64,000 nucleotides of DNA from an uncultured delta proteobacterium (GTDB lineage: Bacteria; Desulfobacterota; Binatia; UBA9968). This document shows, one piece after another, positions 52,828-61,663 of this stretch (the first letter of the stretch is position 1; every line of letters begins with the position of its first letter). The DNA is taken from the NCBI GenBank assembly GCA_963755715.1, contig CAVWLW010000033.1, positions 192,001 through 256,000 of the forward strand, in the 5' to 3' direction. A program made the position numbers and the translations under genes. The notes beneath the pieces are model-generated. The model saw only the letters and a program-made list of their open reading frames with translations, had not been told where the DNA came from and made no database searches.

Positions 52828-53511
52828 ATGGAACTAATAGTTCAGCCAGAGTTCTGGGCTCGTTGGCTAGGGATTGTCGTCATCGATCTCTCACTCGCCG
52901 GTGATAATGCTTTAGTGATCGCCATGGCGGTGCTTAGCTTACCCCCTCGGCAACGAATGATTGGCTTGATCGGCGGAACTGTCGGCGCCGTGGTGCTGCG
53001 CATCGTCCTCATCGCGGTCATCACGCAGATACTTCTTATTCCGTTTCTTCAAGCGCTCGGCGGCCTGGTTCTAGTTTGGATCGCCATGAAGCTGGTGCGA
53101 CAGGACGCGAGCGACACGAAGGGGCACAAAGTACGTGAGGTCGCCACACTTTGGGAAGCGATCGGAATCATCATCGTTGCGGACCTGATCATGAGTCTCG
53201 ACAATGTCTTAGCGGTGGCCGCCACCGCGCACGGTGACCTTACACTCGTGCTTTTTGGCATCGGACTTTCCATTCCGATCGTGATTTGCGGCAGCACTCT
53301 GTTGGCGCGCCTTATGGATCGCTTCCGTTGGATCGTGTGGCTCGGTGGAGGCGTGCTTGGCTGGGTGGCGGGAGATCTCGCCATCACTGACACATTGGTC
53401 CGCGCCTCCATCGGCTCGTGGGACTCGATCCTGCATTGGGCTTTGCCTAGCCTGTTGGCTGCTACAGCGATAATGCTGGGCTGGCGGAGTGCTTATGTCG
53501 CGAGCCGATAA
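52828..53511 (+). CDS. TerC/YjbE family membrane protein
   Basis: DLSLAGDNALVIA, ADLIMSLDNVLA. Confidence 0.9.
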   Translation: MELIVQPEFWARWLGIVVIDLSLAGDNALVIAMAVLSLPPRQRMIGLIGGTVGAVVLRIVLIAVITQILLIPFLQALGGLVLVWIAMKLVRQDASDTKGHKVREVATLWEAIGIIIVADLIMSLDNVLAVAATAHGDLTLVLFGIGLSIPIVICGSTLLARLMDRFRWIVWLGGGVLGWVAGDLAITDTLVRASIGSWDSILHWALPSLLAATAIMLGWRSAYVASR

Positions 53512-53595
53512 CCAGGCGACCGCGGGCAGGTTCTCCTGCGCGAACTGGCTGTCTATCTCTCTTCAAAACTTCGAAAATTTTCTCCTGACCTTCTG

Positions 53596-53638
53596 TTGAC
53601 AACGTGGTCGGGGCTGGATAGAAAACTGGTCTGACCAG
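53596..53638 (+). promoter_or_regulatory. Sigma70 promoter plus FadR-type operator
   Basis: TTGACA-17nt-TAGAAA followed by the palindrome CTGGTCTGACCAG. Confidence 0.75.
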
Positions 53639-53654
53639 CAGACAGCTGGACCCT

Positions 53655-54349
53655 ATGCTTAAAGTCATAAAAAAGACGCGCATCCACGAGGAAGTTTTCA
53701 GTCAGATTCACGAGCTGATCAAGCAAGGTCGACTCAAGGCCCGCGACCAACTGCCGTCGGAGCGCGAACTGGCCGAGACCTTCAAAGTCAGCAGGACTTC
53801 GGTGCGCGAGGCGCTCCGCACATTGGAAAGTCAGGGGCTCATCGTCAGCAAAACCGGCATGGGCAATTTCGTCGTCGATCTTCCGGTTGAAGCTCTGGTG
53901 GGACCGCTCGCGCGATTGCTGATCGACGAAAAAAAGGCGCTCGCGGATGTCTTCGAGCTGCGCAAGCTGATCGAACCGCATATCGCCGCCTTGGCGGCCG
54001 AGCGCGCAACGGCGACAGACGTCGCGAAACTGAAAAAGATCGTCGCCAAGCAAACCGAAGCGGTGAGTCGCGGCGAGACCGGAGTCGAAGCCGACGCTGA
54101 ATTGCATTTATGCATCAGCCGCGCCACGCAAAATCAGGCGCTGCAGAAATTGGTGTCGGGGTTGATGGAAATGTTCAGCCGCAGCCGCGAAGAGTCGTTG
54201 CAGACGGATAAGCGGCGAAAGGCATCCATCGAGACTCACCGAAGGATCATCGCCGCTATCGAAAAGCATGACCGCATCAAGGCTCGCAAAGAAATGAATT
54301 GCACATCGAGCAGGTCGAAGCGAGCGTGTTGCTGTCCAGCCGGGTATAA
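53655..54349 (+). CDS. GntR/FadR-family regulator (frameshift near 54297)
   Basis: LPSERELAETFKVSRTSVREAL, FCD domain; terminal HIEQVE..RV* in another frame. Confidence 0.9.
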
Positions 54350-54390
54350 AAAAACCAGCGTAACGAGGTCACCAAAGAGAGGAGGGTTTG

Positions 54391-55590
54391 ATGATCAAAT
54401 GCGTAGAGGTCAACTATCGAGGTATCTTTCAAAAGAACCTGGGTAAAAAGATCGGCAGCGACATTGTCATGATCGCCAGCCGCATGGGCCAGAAAGCCTT
54501 TTCCAACGGGCGCTACAGCGATTCGCCGGAAAGAAACGGCATCCCGTGCAAGTATTTTGCTTTCGTTTCGCCGGATCTTGCCGAGGAGGAACTGGAAGCG
54601 GAATGCGGCGCCAAGCTCGAGATCGATGAAGCCAACATCTCCGTCGTCTTGGACGACACGATGTGCAAGGGTGTCGAGCCGTGGGGATGGCACGGTATCC
54701 GCCCGATCAATGAACGGGTGGTCAAGGACGGCTGCCTCCTGGTGGTGTCCAAGAAAACACCGGAAGAGCTGTTAAAATTCATCGGCAAGAAGCCGTACAA
54801 CTATCGAATCGCAATCCTCGACGGCGACGCCAGTCTCGCTGGACTTTGGGTCAACAAGGATGACATGACCCATGAGCACATCTTGGGCGGCATCGCAGCC
54901 ATCGATCCGACGCTTATCAGCATCGAGGCGGTTGAAGCTTATCTGATGGACAAGACAAAGCAGAAGCACCGTGTTGAGGCCGCGCGCGCGGCATTCGAGT
55001 CGCTCAGGCAGGAGGCTAAGCCTCCTAAAGTAACGACCGTGACACCGGAAGACGGAATCGTGTGGCTGCATGAGATACCCGTGCTGCCCAAGTGGTTCGA
55101 GATGCAAGAGGGAGCTGTAGTTCCGGCAGTGAAGCGCGGTTTCGAAATGGGACCGAGGGGACAAAACAGAAACCCCGGCTTCAAGCGCGGCACGACCAAG
55201 ACGCAGAGACCCGCGGTCAGGTTCGATCTCTGCACCAAGTGCACGCTCTGCTGGGTCGAGTGTCCGGACGAGTGTTTCGATCCGACCACGGATGGCTTTT
55301 ACGACATCGACTATCAGTATTGCGTCGGTTGCGGGAAATGCGCTCAAGTATGTCCGGTTAAAGAATGCATCGTCATGGTGGATGAACTCCAATTCAAGGA
55401 CGACTCGAGTCCGTGGGAACACTGGAAAAGGGATTCCAACGACTACATTCAGTGGGTAGAGGACAAAAAGGGCAAAGACCGGGTTTCTTACCCCTTCGTC
55501 ACCGGCAAGGGCATGACCGTTACTCAGGGAGATGTGATGCCCGAGGGCAAGATAGTGCCCGTGAGAAAAACCGAGGAGGTCGAAGTATGA
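54391..55590 (+). CDS. Oxalate oxidoreductase-like gamma/delta fusion subunit
   Basis: RYSDSPERNG gamma motif; CTKCTLCWVECP and CVGCGKCAQVCP. Confidence 0.8.
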   Translation: MIKCVEVNYRGIFQKNLGKKIGSDIVMIASRMGQKAFSNGRYSDSPERNGIPCKYFAFVSPDLAEEELEAECGAKLEIDEANISVVLDDTMCKGVEPWGWHGIRPINERVVKDGCLLVVSKKTPEELLKFIGKKPYNYRIAILDGDASLAGLWVNKDDMTHEHILGGIAAIDPTLISIEAVEAYLMDKTKQKHRVEAARAAFESLRQEAKPPKVTTVTPEDGIVWLHEIPVLPKWFEMQEGAVVPAVKRGFEMGPRGQNRNPGFKRGTTKTQRPAVRFDLCTKCTLCWVECPDECFDPTTDGFYDIDYQYCVGCGKCAQVCPVKECIVMVDELQFKDDSSPWEHWKRDSNDYIQWVEDKKGKDRVSYPFVTGKGMTVTQGDVMPEGKIVPVRKTEEVEV

Positions 55591-56830
55591 GTGTCGCACT
55601 CGCAACAGCCAAATCAGATCAATCAGGGGTCTACGAGCGGGAAGACCTTTTAAACGGCTGCCAGGCGGTCGCGCAGGGCGTGTGTCTCGCCGACGTGGAT
55701 GTGATCGCCGCTTATCCGATCCGTCCCTACACCGAAGTGATGGACGCCCTCTCGAAGCTGATCGCCGACGGGAAATTCGACGCCGAGTACATCATCGCCG
55801 ACAGCGAGCATTCCCAATTCGAGATCGTCAAGCACGCCAGCTCGGTGAACGCGCGCGCCTTCGGCGGTTCGAGCGGCACGGGCTGGATGTACGGTATGGA
55901 AGCGCTGGTCGTTACCGCGACCGACCGTCTTCCGCCTCTTTTCGTGGTCGGCAACCGCGCTTTGGATGATCCCGGCGCTTTCGGCGTCGAGCACAACGAC
56001 GCGATGTCGGTCCGCGACATGGGCTGGCTTCTCTGCTGGGTCACGACGCCGCAGGAGGCGCTCGAACACGTGCTGATCGGCTACCGCATCGCCGAGGACA
56101 AGACAGTCAGGATGCCGATGGGATTGGCGATGGACGGCGCCTTTCTCACCCACTCGCAACACATGGTCAAAATCCCATCGGTGGAGGCGGCGAAGAAATT
56201 CCTGCCGCAGTACGATCTCGCCGAGCGGCGGCTCCATCCCGACAACCCGATCTCGGTCGCGCCGCAAGCCAACGAGGATTGGGTTATGGAGATTCGCAGG
56301 CAAAATTGGGAAGCCGCCAAGCGGGCGCGCGGTGTCATCAAGGATGCTTATAAGGAATTCAACGATATTTTCGGCGATCGCTACGCCGCGCCTTACTATT
56401 TCGACGAGTTCATGACCGACGACGCGGAAGCGGTCCTGATCGGCGTTGGTACGGTGGCAGCTCCAGCGCGCACGGCGGTCAGGCGCTTGCGTGAGAAGGG
56501 ACAGAAGGTCGGCTACGTGGAATCTGCGCTGGTTCCGGCCCTTCCCGACGGTGGAGCTGCGCGAGTCCCTGAGCCGCTTTAAAGCGGTCGGTGTCGTCGA
56601 CAGGGACTTCGCTCACGGCTCGCCCGACAATTGCGGCATCTTGATGCACGAAGTCCGATCCTGCCTCTATCCGGCGAAGAACCGGCCGGCGATCGTTAAT
56701 TTCATGGGTGGTTTGGGCGGGCGCGATCTGTCGATCGCCGACTGCTCAGAAGATGTTCGAAATCACCCAACAGGCGGCGAAGAAAGATTCCCTGGATGAA
56801 TACGTAACCTGGATCGGCCTAAGAGAGTAA
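55587..56830 (+). CDS. Oxalate oxidoreductase-like alpha subunit (frameshifts near 56520 and 56745)
   Basis: YPIRP, DSEH, GNRALDDPG, RWFRPFP, GLGGRD; ATGA overlap with the previous gene. Confidence 0.8.
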
Positions 56831-56844
56831 ATAGGAGAAACATT

Positions 56845-57840
56845 ATGTCGACCGTACCGACAATCGATTACGAGAAAGTCAAAGGCGTTCACAAAATTCC
56901 GCTGGAAGAGCTCTATACTTCCGGCCATCGGACCTGCCAGGGCTGCGAGTCGGCGACGACCATGCGCGGCTTCATCAAGGTTGCGGGTTCGCGCTCGGTG
57001 GTCACAGGAGCAACCGGTTGCATGTACGTGGCCAACACTTCGTACATGACCACGCCGTGGATCGTGCCGTGGATGCACACGCAGCTCGGCGCCGGCGGCT
57101 CTTCGGCCGTGGGCATGGCGGCGGGCCTGCGAGCGCTCAAGCGCAAGGGCAAGATCAAAGACGAGAAGATCAACGTCATCAATTTCTCCGGCGATCTCGG
57201 CGCCGGCGATATGGGCATCGGCGGCATCTCCGCCGCGTTGCAGAGCGATTACGACTTGCTGATTATCATGTACGACAACGAATCGGCCGCCAATACCGAT
57301 ATCCAAGCAACAGGCTCGACGACTTACGGCGCGCAGACGACCTTCACGCCTCCGGGAACCAAGCATCCGATCATGCAGAGGCGCTGGAAGAAGAACGTCG
57401 CCGGCATGCTTGCCGTCGGCCATCCGACCTGCCGTTACGTTGCCACTGCCTGCGCTACCTTTCCGCCGACGGATTATCTGAACAAGGTCCAAAAGGCGCT
57501 CGCCATCGGCGGCCCGACCTTCATCCACACCTACGATCCCTGTCCAAAGGGTTGGGACTATCATCCGCGCTACTCCAACGAGCTTGGCGAGTTGGGAATC
57601 AAATGCGGCATCTATCCGCTGTATGAAATCGTCGACGGCAACGTCATTTACACCTGGGACGCGCGCAAGACGGGCAAGGGACGCATTCCGGTCAAGGAGT
57701 TTATCTCCAAGCAGGGGCGCTTCGATCATCTCAAAGAAGAACACTACGCGCATATTCAAAACATGGTCGATCAAATGTGGGAAGAGTGGCAGATTCCCGG
57801 TGTCGCGCCATTGCGAGGGATTCTGAAGGCTAGGATTTAG
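56845..57840 (+). CDS. Oxalate oxidoreductase-like beta (ThDP/4Fe-4S) subunit
   Basis: GHRTCQGC, TGC, SGD..DNESAANT, PCPKGW. Confidence 0.85.
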   Translation: MSTVPTIDYEKVKGVHKIPLEELYTSGHRTCQGCESATTMRGFIKVAGSRSVVTGATGCMYVANTSYMTTPWIVPWMHTQLGAGGSSAVGMAAGLRALKRKGKIKDEKINVINFSGDLGAGDMGIGGISAALQSDYDLLIIMYDNESAANTDIQATGSTTYGAQTTFTPPGTKHPIMQRRWKKNVAGMLAVGHPTCRYVATACATFPPTDYLNKVQKALAIGGPTFIHTYDPCPKGWDYHPRYSNELGELGIKCGIYPLYEIVDGNVIYTWDARKTGKGRIPVKEFISKQGRFDHLKEEHYAHIQNMVDQMWEEWQIPGVAPLRGILKARI

Positions 57841-57888
57841 GGAAACTGCGGCAATAAGCTTTCCGCTTCGGTTCTGCCCAATTAACTC

Positions 57889-57928
57889 CCGCTGACATGC
57901 ACGGACGAAAGGCCGCGCATGTCAGCGG
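57889..57928. terminator. Strong hairpin after the beta subunit
   Basis: CCGCTGACATGC..GCATGTCAGCGG 12-bp stem. Confidence 0.55.
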
Positions 57929-58332
57929 TGAGAAGATTTTATCAAGCCAAACATCGCCGATCGCCACGTGCGACGCTCGTCGATAGACCGCCACTCAGTG
58001 GACGGGTGTAAAGCTTGAGCACGACCGCTAGATTCTGTATCCTAAGGAGGAAGCTTGAGAGACTGCAAGCATCGGCGAGTAAACGAACAGGTAGACCAAG
58101 CGTTCCAGACCTAAGTCTGACAGTTCATCCGCGCGATATTTGTCTCAGCTTTACAAAAAGATTTTTCACGCGCTGAGTTAGACCGTTGAATAACGAACGG
58201 GCCGGCAAAGCGATGCTTAATGTGCTTGCCGCGGTCGATCGCGCTGAATAGGTCTGTTGGCCAGTCGACGCTGGATTGGCTTGCAACGGTCGAACTTAAT
58301 TTTTTCAGGCAACGAGTCGAAGGGAGGCAATC

Positions 58333-60045
58333 ATGGCAACGACCGGCGAAACTAAAAAAGAAGCTAGCGGCCCAGTGATCTCCGGCGGGCATCTGGTCGC
58401 CAAAGCGTTAAAGAATGAAGGCGTCGAAGTGATCTGGACGCTTTGCGGCGGCCATATCATCGACATCTACGACGGCTGCATCGACGAAGGCATCAAGATC
58501 ATCGACGTGCGCCATGAGCAGGTCGCGGCCCACGCCGCCGACGGCTACTCACGCCAGAGCGGGAAGATCGGTTGTGTCGTAACGACCGCCGGACCGGGCA
58601 CGACTAACGCGATGACGGGCATCGCCAATGCCTTTCGCGCCGAGAGTCCGCTCTTGATGATCGGCGGGCAGGGCGCGCTCTCGCAGCACAAGATGGGCTC
58701 CCTGCAAGATCTGCCGCACGTCGATATCATGTCGCCGATAACGAAATTCGCCGCCACCGTGCCGCATACAGAACGCATCGCCGACATGGTGTCGATGGCT
58801 TTTCGCGAGTCGGTGAACGGGGCGCCGGGGCCGAGCTATCTCGAAATCCCGCGTGACGTGCTCGACGCTAAAGTGCCGCTCGAACGGGCGCGTATCCCCA
58901 AGCCTGGTGCCTATCGCGCCTCGACTAAATCTGTCGGCGATCCGGCCGACATTGAAAAACTTGCAGACATTCTGGCCAAATCCGAACGGCCGGCAGCATT
59001 GTTCGGTACCCAGGTCTGGACCTGTCGCGGCCACGATGCGGCGGTGGAATTTTGCCGCGCTCTCAATGTTCCCGGTTACATGAACGGCTCAGGACGCGGC
59101 ATCTTCGCGCCCGGCGATCCGCATGGTTTCAATCGCACGCGTAGTTTGGCGTTCGACAAAGCCGACGTGATCCTGATCGTCGGCTGTCCGTTCGATTTTC
59201 GTCTCGGTTATGGGAGGCGTTTGCGCGCCGATGCGACCGTCGTGCAGATCGATCTCGATTATCGCAACGTCGGCAAGAACCGCGACGTTTCGCTCGGCAT
59301 GGTCGGCGATTGCGGCGCGATTCTCAAGGCCGTAGAGCAGGCCGCGTCCGGCCGCGCCTCGAAAGGCAACGCGCAGCGCGCCGAGTGGATGAAAGAGCTC
59401 CGCGCCGCGGAGGCCAAGGCGTACGAAAAACTCTTGCCGTCGTTCAAATCGGAGTCCGTGCCGATCAATCCTTATCGGGTCGCTTACGAGATCAACGAAT
59501 TTCTGACCGACAACACGGTTTACATCGGCGACGGCGGCGATGTGGTCACGATCACCGCGACGGCCGTGGAGCCGCGCAAAGCCGGCAACTGGATGGATCC
59601 GGGTCCGCTCGGCACGCTCGGTGTCGGCACTTCGTTCGCGATGGCGACCAAGTTCGTTCATCCGAAAAAAGAAGTGCTGTGCTACTACGGCGACGGCTCG
59701 TTCGGCATGACGGCGTGGGACATGGAAACCGCGCAGCGCTTCAAATTGCCCTACATGGCCGTGATCGGCAACAACTCAGCGATGAATCAGATCCGCTGCG
59801 GCCAGATCGGTAAGTATGGTCCCGAGCGCGGCGGCGTGGGCAATAAGCTTGGCGACGTGGATTTCGAGAAATTCGCCGACTGTTTCGGTGGCTGGGGCAT
59901 CGCGGTGCGCGAGCCGAGCCAGATTCGTCCCGCGTTGGAAAAAGCGCGCGAACGGGTCGCCGGCGGTCAGTGTGCCATCGTCAACATCTGGGTCGACATC
60001 AATGAATACGCGCCAGGCACCAAGGCGCAGACGATGTACAAATGA
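58333..60045 (+). CDS. ThDP-dependent enzyme, oxalyl-CoA decarboxylase/2-hydroxyacyl-CoA lyase-like
   Basis: RHEQ, TAGPG, MDPGPLGTLG, GDGSFG..NN; directly upstream of frc. Confidence 0.75.
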   Translation: MATTGETKKEASGPVISGGHLVAKALKNEGVEVIWTLCGGHIIDIYDGCIDEGIKIIDVRHEQVAAHAADGYSRQSGKIGCVVTTAGPGTTNAMTGIANAFRAESPLLMIGGQGALSQHKMGSLQDLPHVDIMSPITKFAATVPHTERIADMVSMAFRESVNGAPGPSYLEIPRDVLDAKVPLERARIPKPGAYRASTKSVGDPADIEKLADILAKSERPAALFGTQVWTCRGHDAAVEFCRALNVPGYMNGSGRGIFAPGDPHGFNRTRSLAFDKADVILIVGCPFDFRLGYGRRLRADATVVQIDLDYRNVGKNRDVSLGMVGDCGAILKAVEQAASGRASKGNAQRAEWMKELRAAEAKAYEKLLPSFKSESVPINPYRVAYEINEFLTDNTVYIGDGGDVVTITATAVEPRKAGNWMDPGPLGTLGVGTSFAMATKFVHPKKEVLCYYGDGSFGMTAWDMETAQRFKLPYMAVIGNNSAMNQIRCGQIGKYGPERGGVGNKLGDVDFEKFADCFGGWGIAVREPSQIRPALEKARERVAGGQCAIVNIWVDINEYAPGTKAQTMYK

Positions 60046-60091
60046 CAGCTGCCTAGAGCAAAACCGGACGCGAAGACGCAAGCATGGCATT

Positions 60092-60171
60092 CACCACGAA
60101 GGACACGAAGAGCACGAAGTTCGGAATATCAATAGTACGAACCCTTCGTGTCCTTCGTGATCTTCGTGGTG
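60092..60171. repeat. REP-like palindrome built from CACGAAG units
   Basis: CACCACGAAGGACACGAAGAGCACGAAG..CTTCGTGTCCTTCGTGATCTTCGTGGTG. Confidence 0.8.
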
Positions 60172-60203
60172 AGATTGAATTTTCTTAAGGAGAAAATAAG
60201 TCG

Positions 60204-61444
60204 ATGGCAAAAGCGCTTGATGGAGTTCGCATACTCGATATGACCCACGTGCAGTCCGGGCCGACTTGCACGCAAATGTTGGCGTGGTTCGGCGCCGACG
60301 TGATCAAAGTCGAACTGCCCGGCCGCGGCGACATCACGCGCGGCCAACTGCGCGACAAGCCGAATGTCGACAGCCTCTATTTCACCATGCTCAATTGCAA
60401 CAAGCGGAGCATCACGATCAATACCAAAACGAAAAGGGCAAAGAAATTTTTCGCGAACTGATCAAGGTGTTGTGACGTGATCGTGGAGAACTTCGCGCCC
60501 GGAGCGCTGGACCGGCAAGGGTTCACTTGGGAAGCGATTCACGGGCTCAATCCGCGGATCATTTACGCGTCGGTGAAGGGCTTCGGACCCGGTCCTTACG
60601 AAGATTGCAAAGTTTACGAGAACGTCGCCCAGTGCACCGGCGGTGCGGCGAGCACGACCGGATTCGACGACGGCCCGCCGCTGGTGACCGGCGCGCAGAT
60701 CGGCGACTCCGGCACCGGGATGCATTTCGTCGCCGGAATTTTGCGGCGCTTTTTCAACGTGAAAAAGGCTGGAAGGGGACAGCGCGTCACTTGCGCGATG
60801 CAGGATACGGTGCTCAATCTCTGCCGTGTCAAGCTGCGTGATCAACAACGACTCGCCGCCGGACCGCTGGAGGAATATCCGCAATATCCCAATGGCGTCT
60901 TCGGCGACGCCGTGCCGCGCGCGGGCAATGCATCGGGCGGCGGCCAGCCGGGCTGGGCGGTGCGCACCAAAGGCGGCGGACCGAACGATTATATTTACGT
61001 CATCATTCAGCCGCCGGGTTGGGAGCCGTTGATGAAGCTCTGCGGCCGGCCCGAGCTGATCACCGATCCTGAATGGGCGACGCCGGAAAAGCGTTTGCCG
61101 AAGCTCGGTCAATGTTTCGAGATCATCGAGCAGTGGACGATGACCCTCGATAAGTTGGAGGTCATGCGCAAGCTCAACGAGATTCGACGTGCCGTGCGGG
61201 CCGATCCTCGACATGCGCGAGATCGCGGAAGAGCGAGCGCTGCGCGAAACCGGCACGGTCGTCGAAGTGGATCATCCGAAGCGGGGAAAATTTCTGACGG
61301 TCGGTAATCCGATCAAGCTGTCGGATTCGCCGACGGATGTTAAACGTCGCCGTTCCTGGGCGAGCACACGGACGAGATCTTGCGATCCATCGTCGGCTGG
61401 AGCGATCAGAGATGACGACGGCGCGAAAAGAGGGCGCGATCTAA
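60204..61444 (+). CDS. frc: Formyl-CoA:oxalate CoA-transferase (several frameshifts)
   Basis: [46 protein letters not shown]. Confidence 0.9.
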
Positions 61445-61527
61445 ATCCTGCAACCCTGAGGCGACAAAACTGATTCACCACAAATTTGTACGGTTCGATT
61501 TTGGTTTAGATCGAACTGCGTTCAAGA

Positions 61528-61602
61528 AAGATTTCTCGCTTCCCGCTCGAAATGACATTCGCTATTGCACGACTGTCATCTCGAACGAATGTGAGAGATC
61601 TT
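61528..61602. repeat. REP-like imperfect inverted repeat
   Basis: AAGATTTCTCGC..CTCGAAATGACA / TGTCATCTCGAAC..GTGAGAGATCTT. Confidence 0.7.
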
Positions 61603-61663
61603 TCTAAATCCAACAGCGCGCGCTTCATAAGCGCCCAACCTAACCGAATTTTCGGAGGTGTCG

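Noticed and set aside
55413-55586. N-terminal extension of the alpha-subunit ORF
   Set aside because: It overlaps the previous gene; the true start is the ATG at 55587, with a GGAGG RBS and ATGA coupling.
60092-60171. CACGAAG repeats as a CRISPR array
   Set aside because: Units are about 9 nt and inverted, with no unique spacers and no cas genes.
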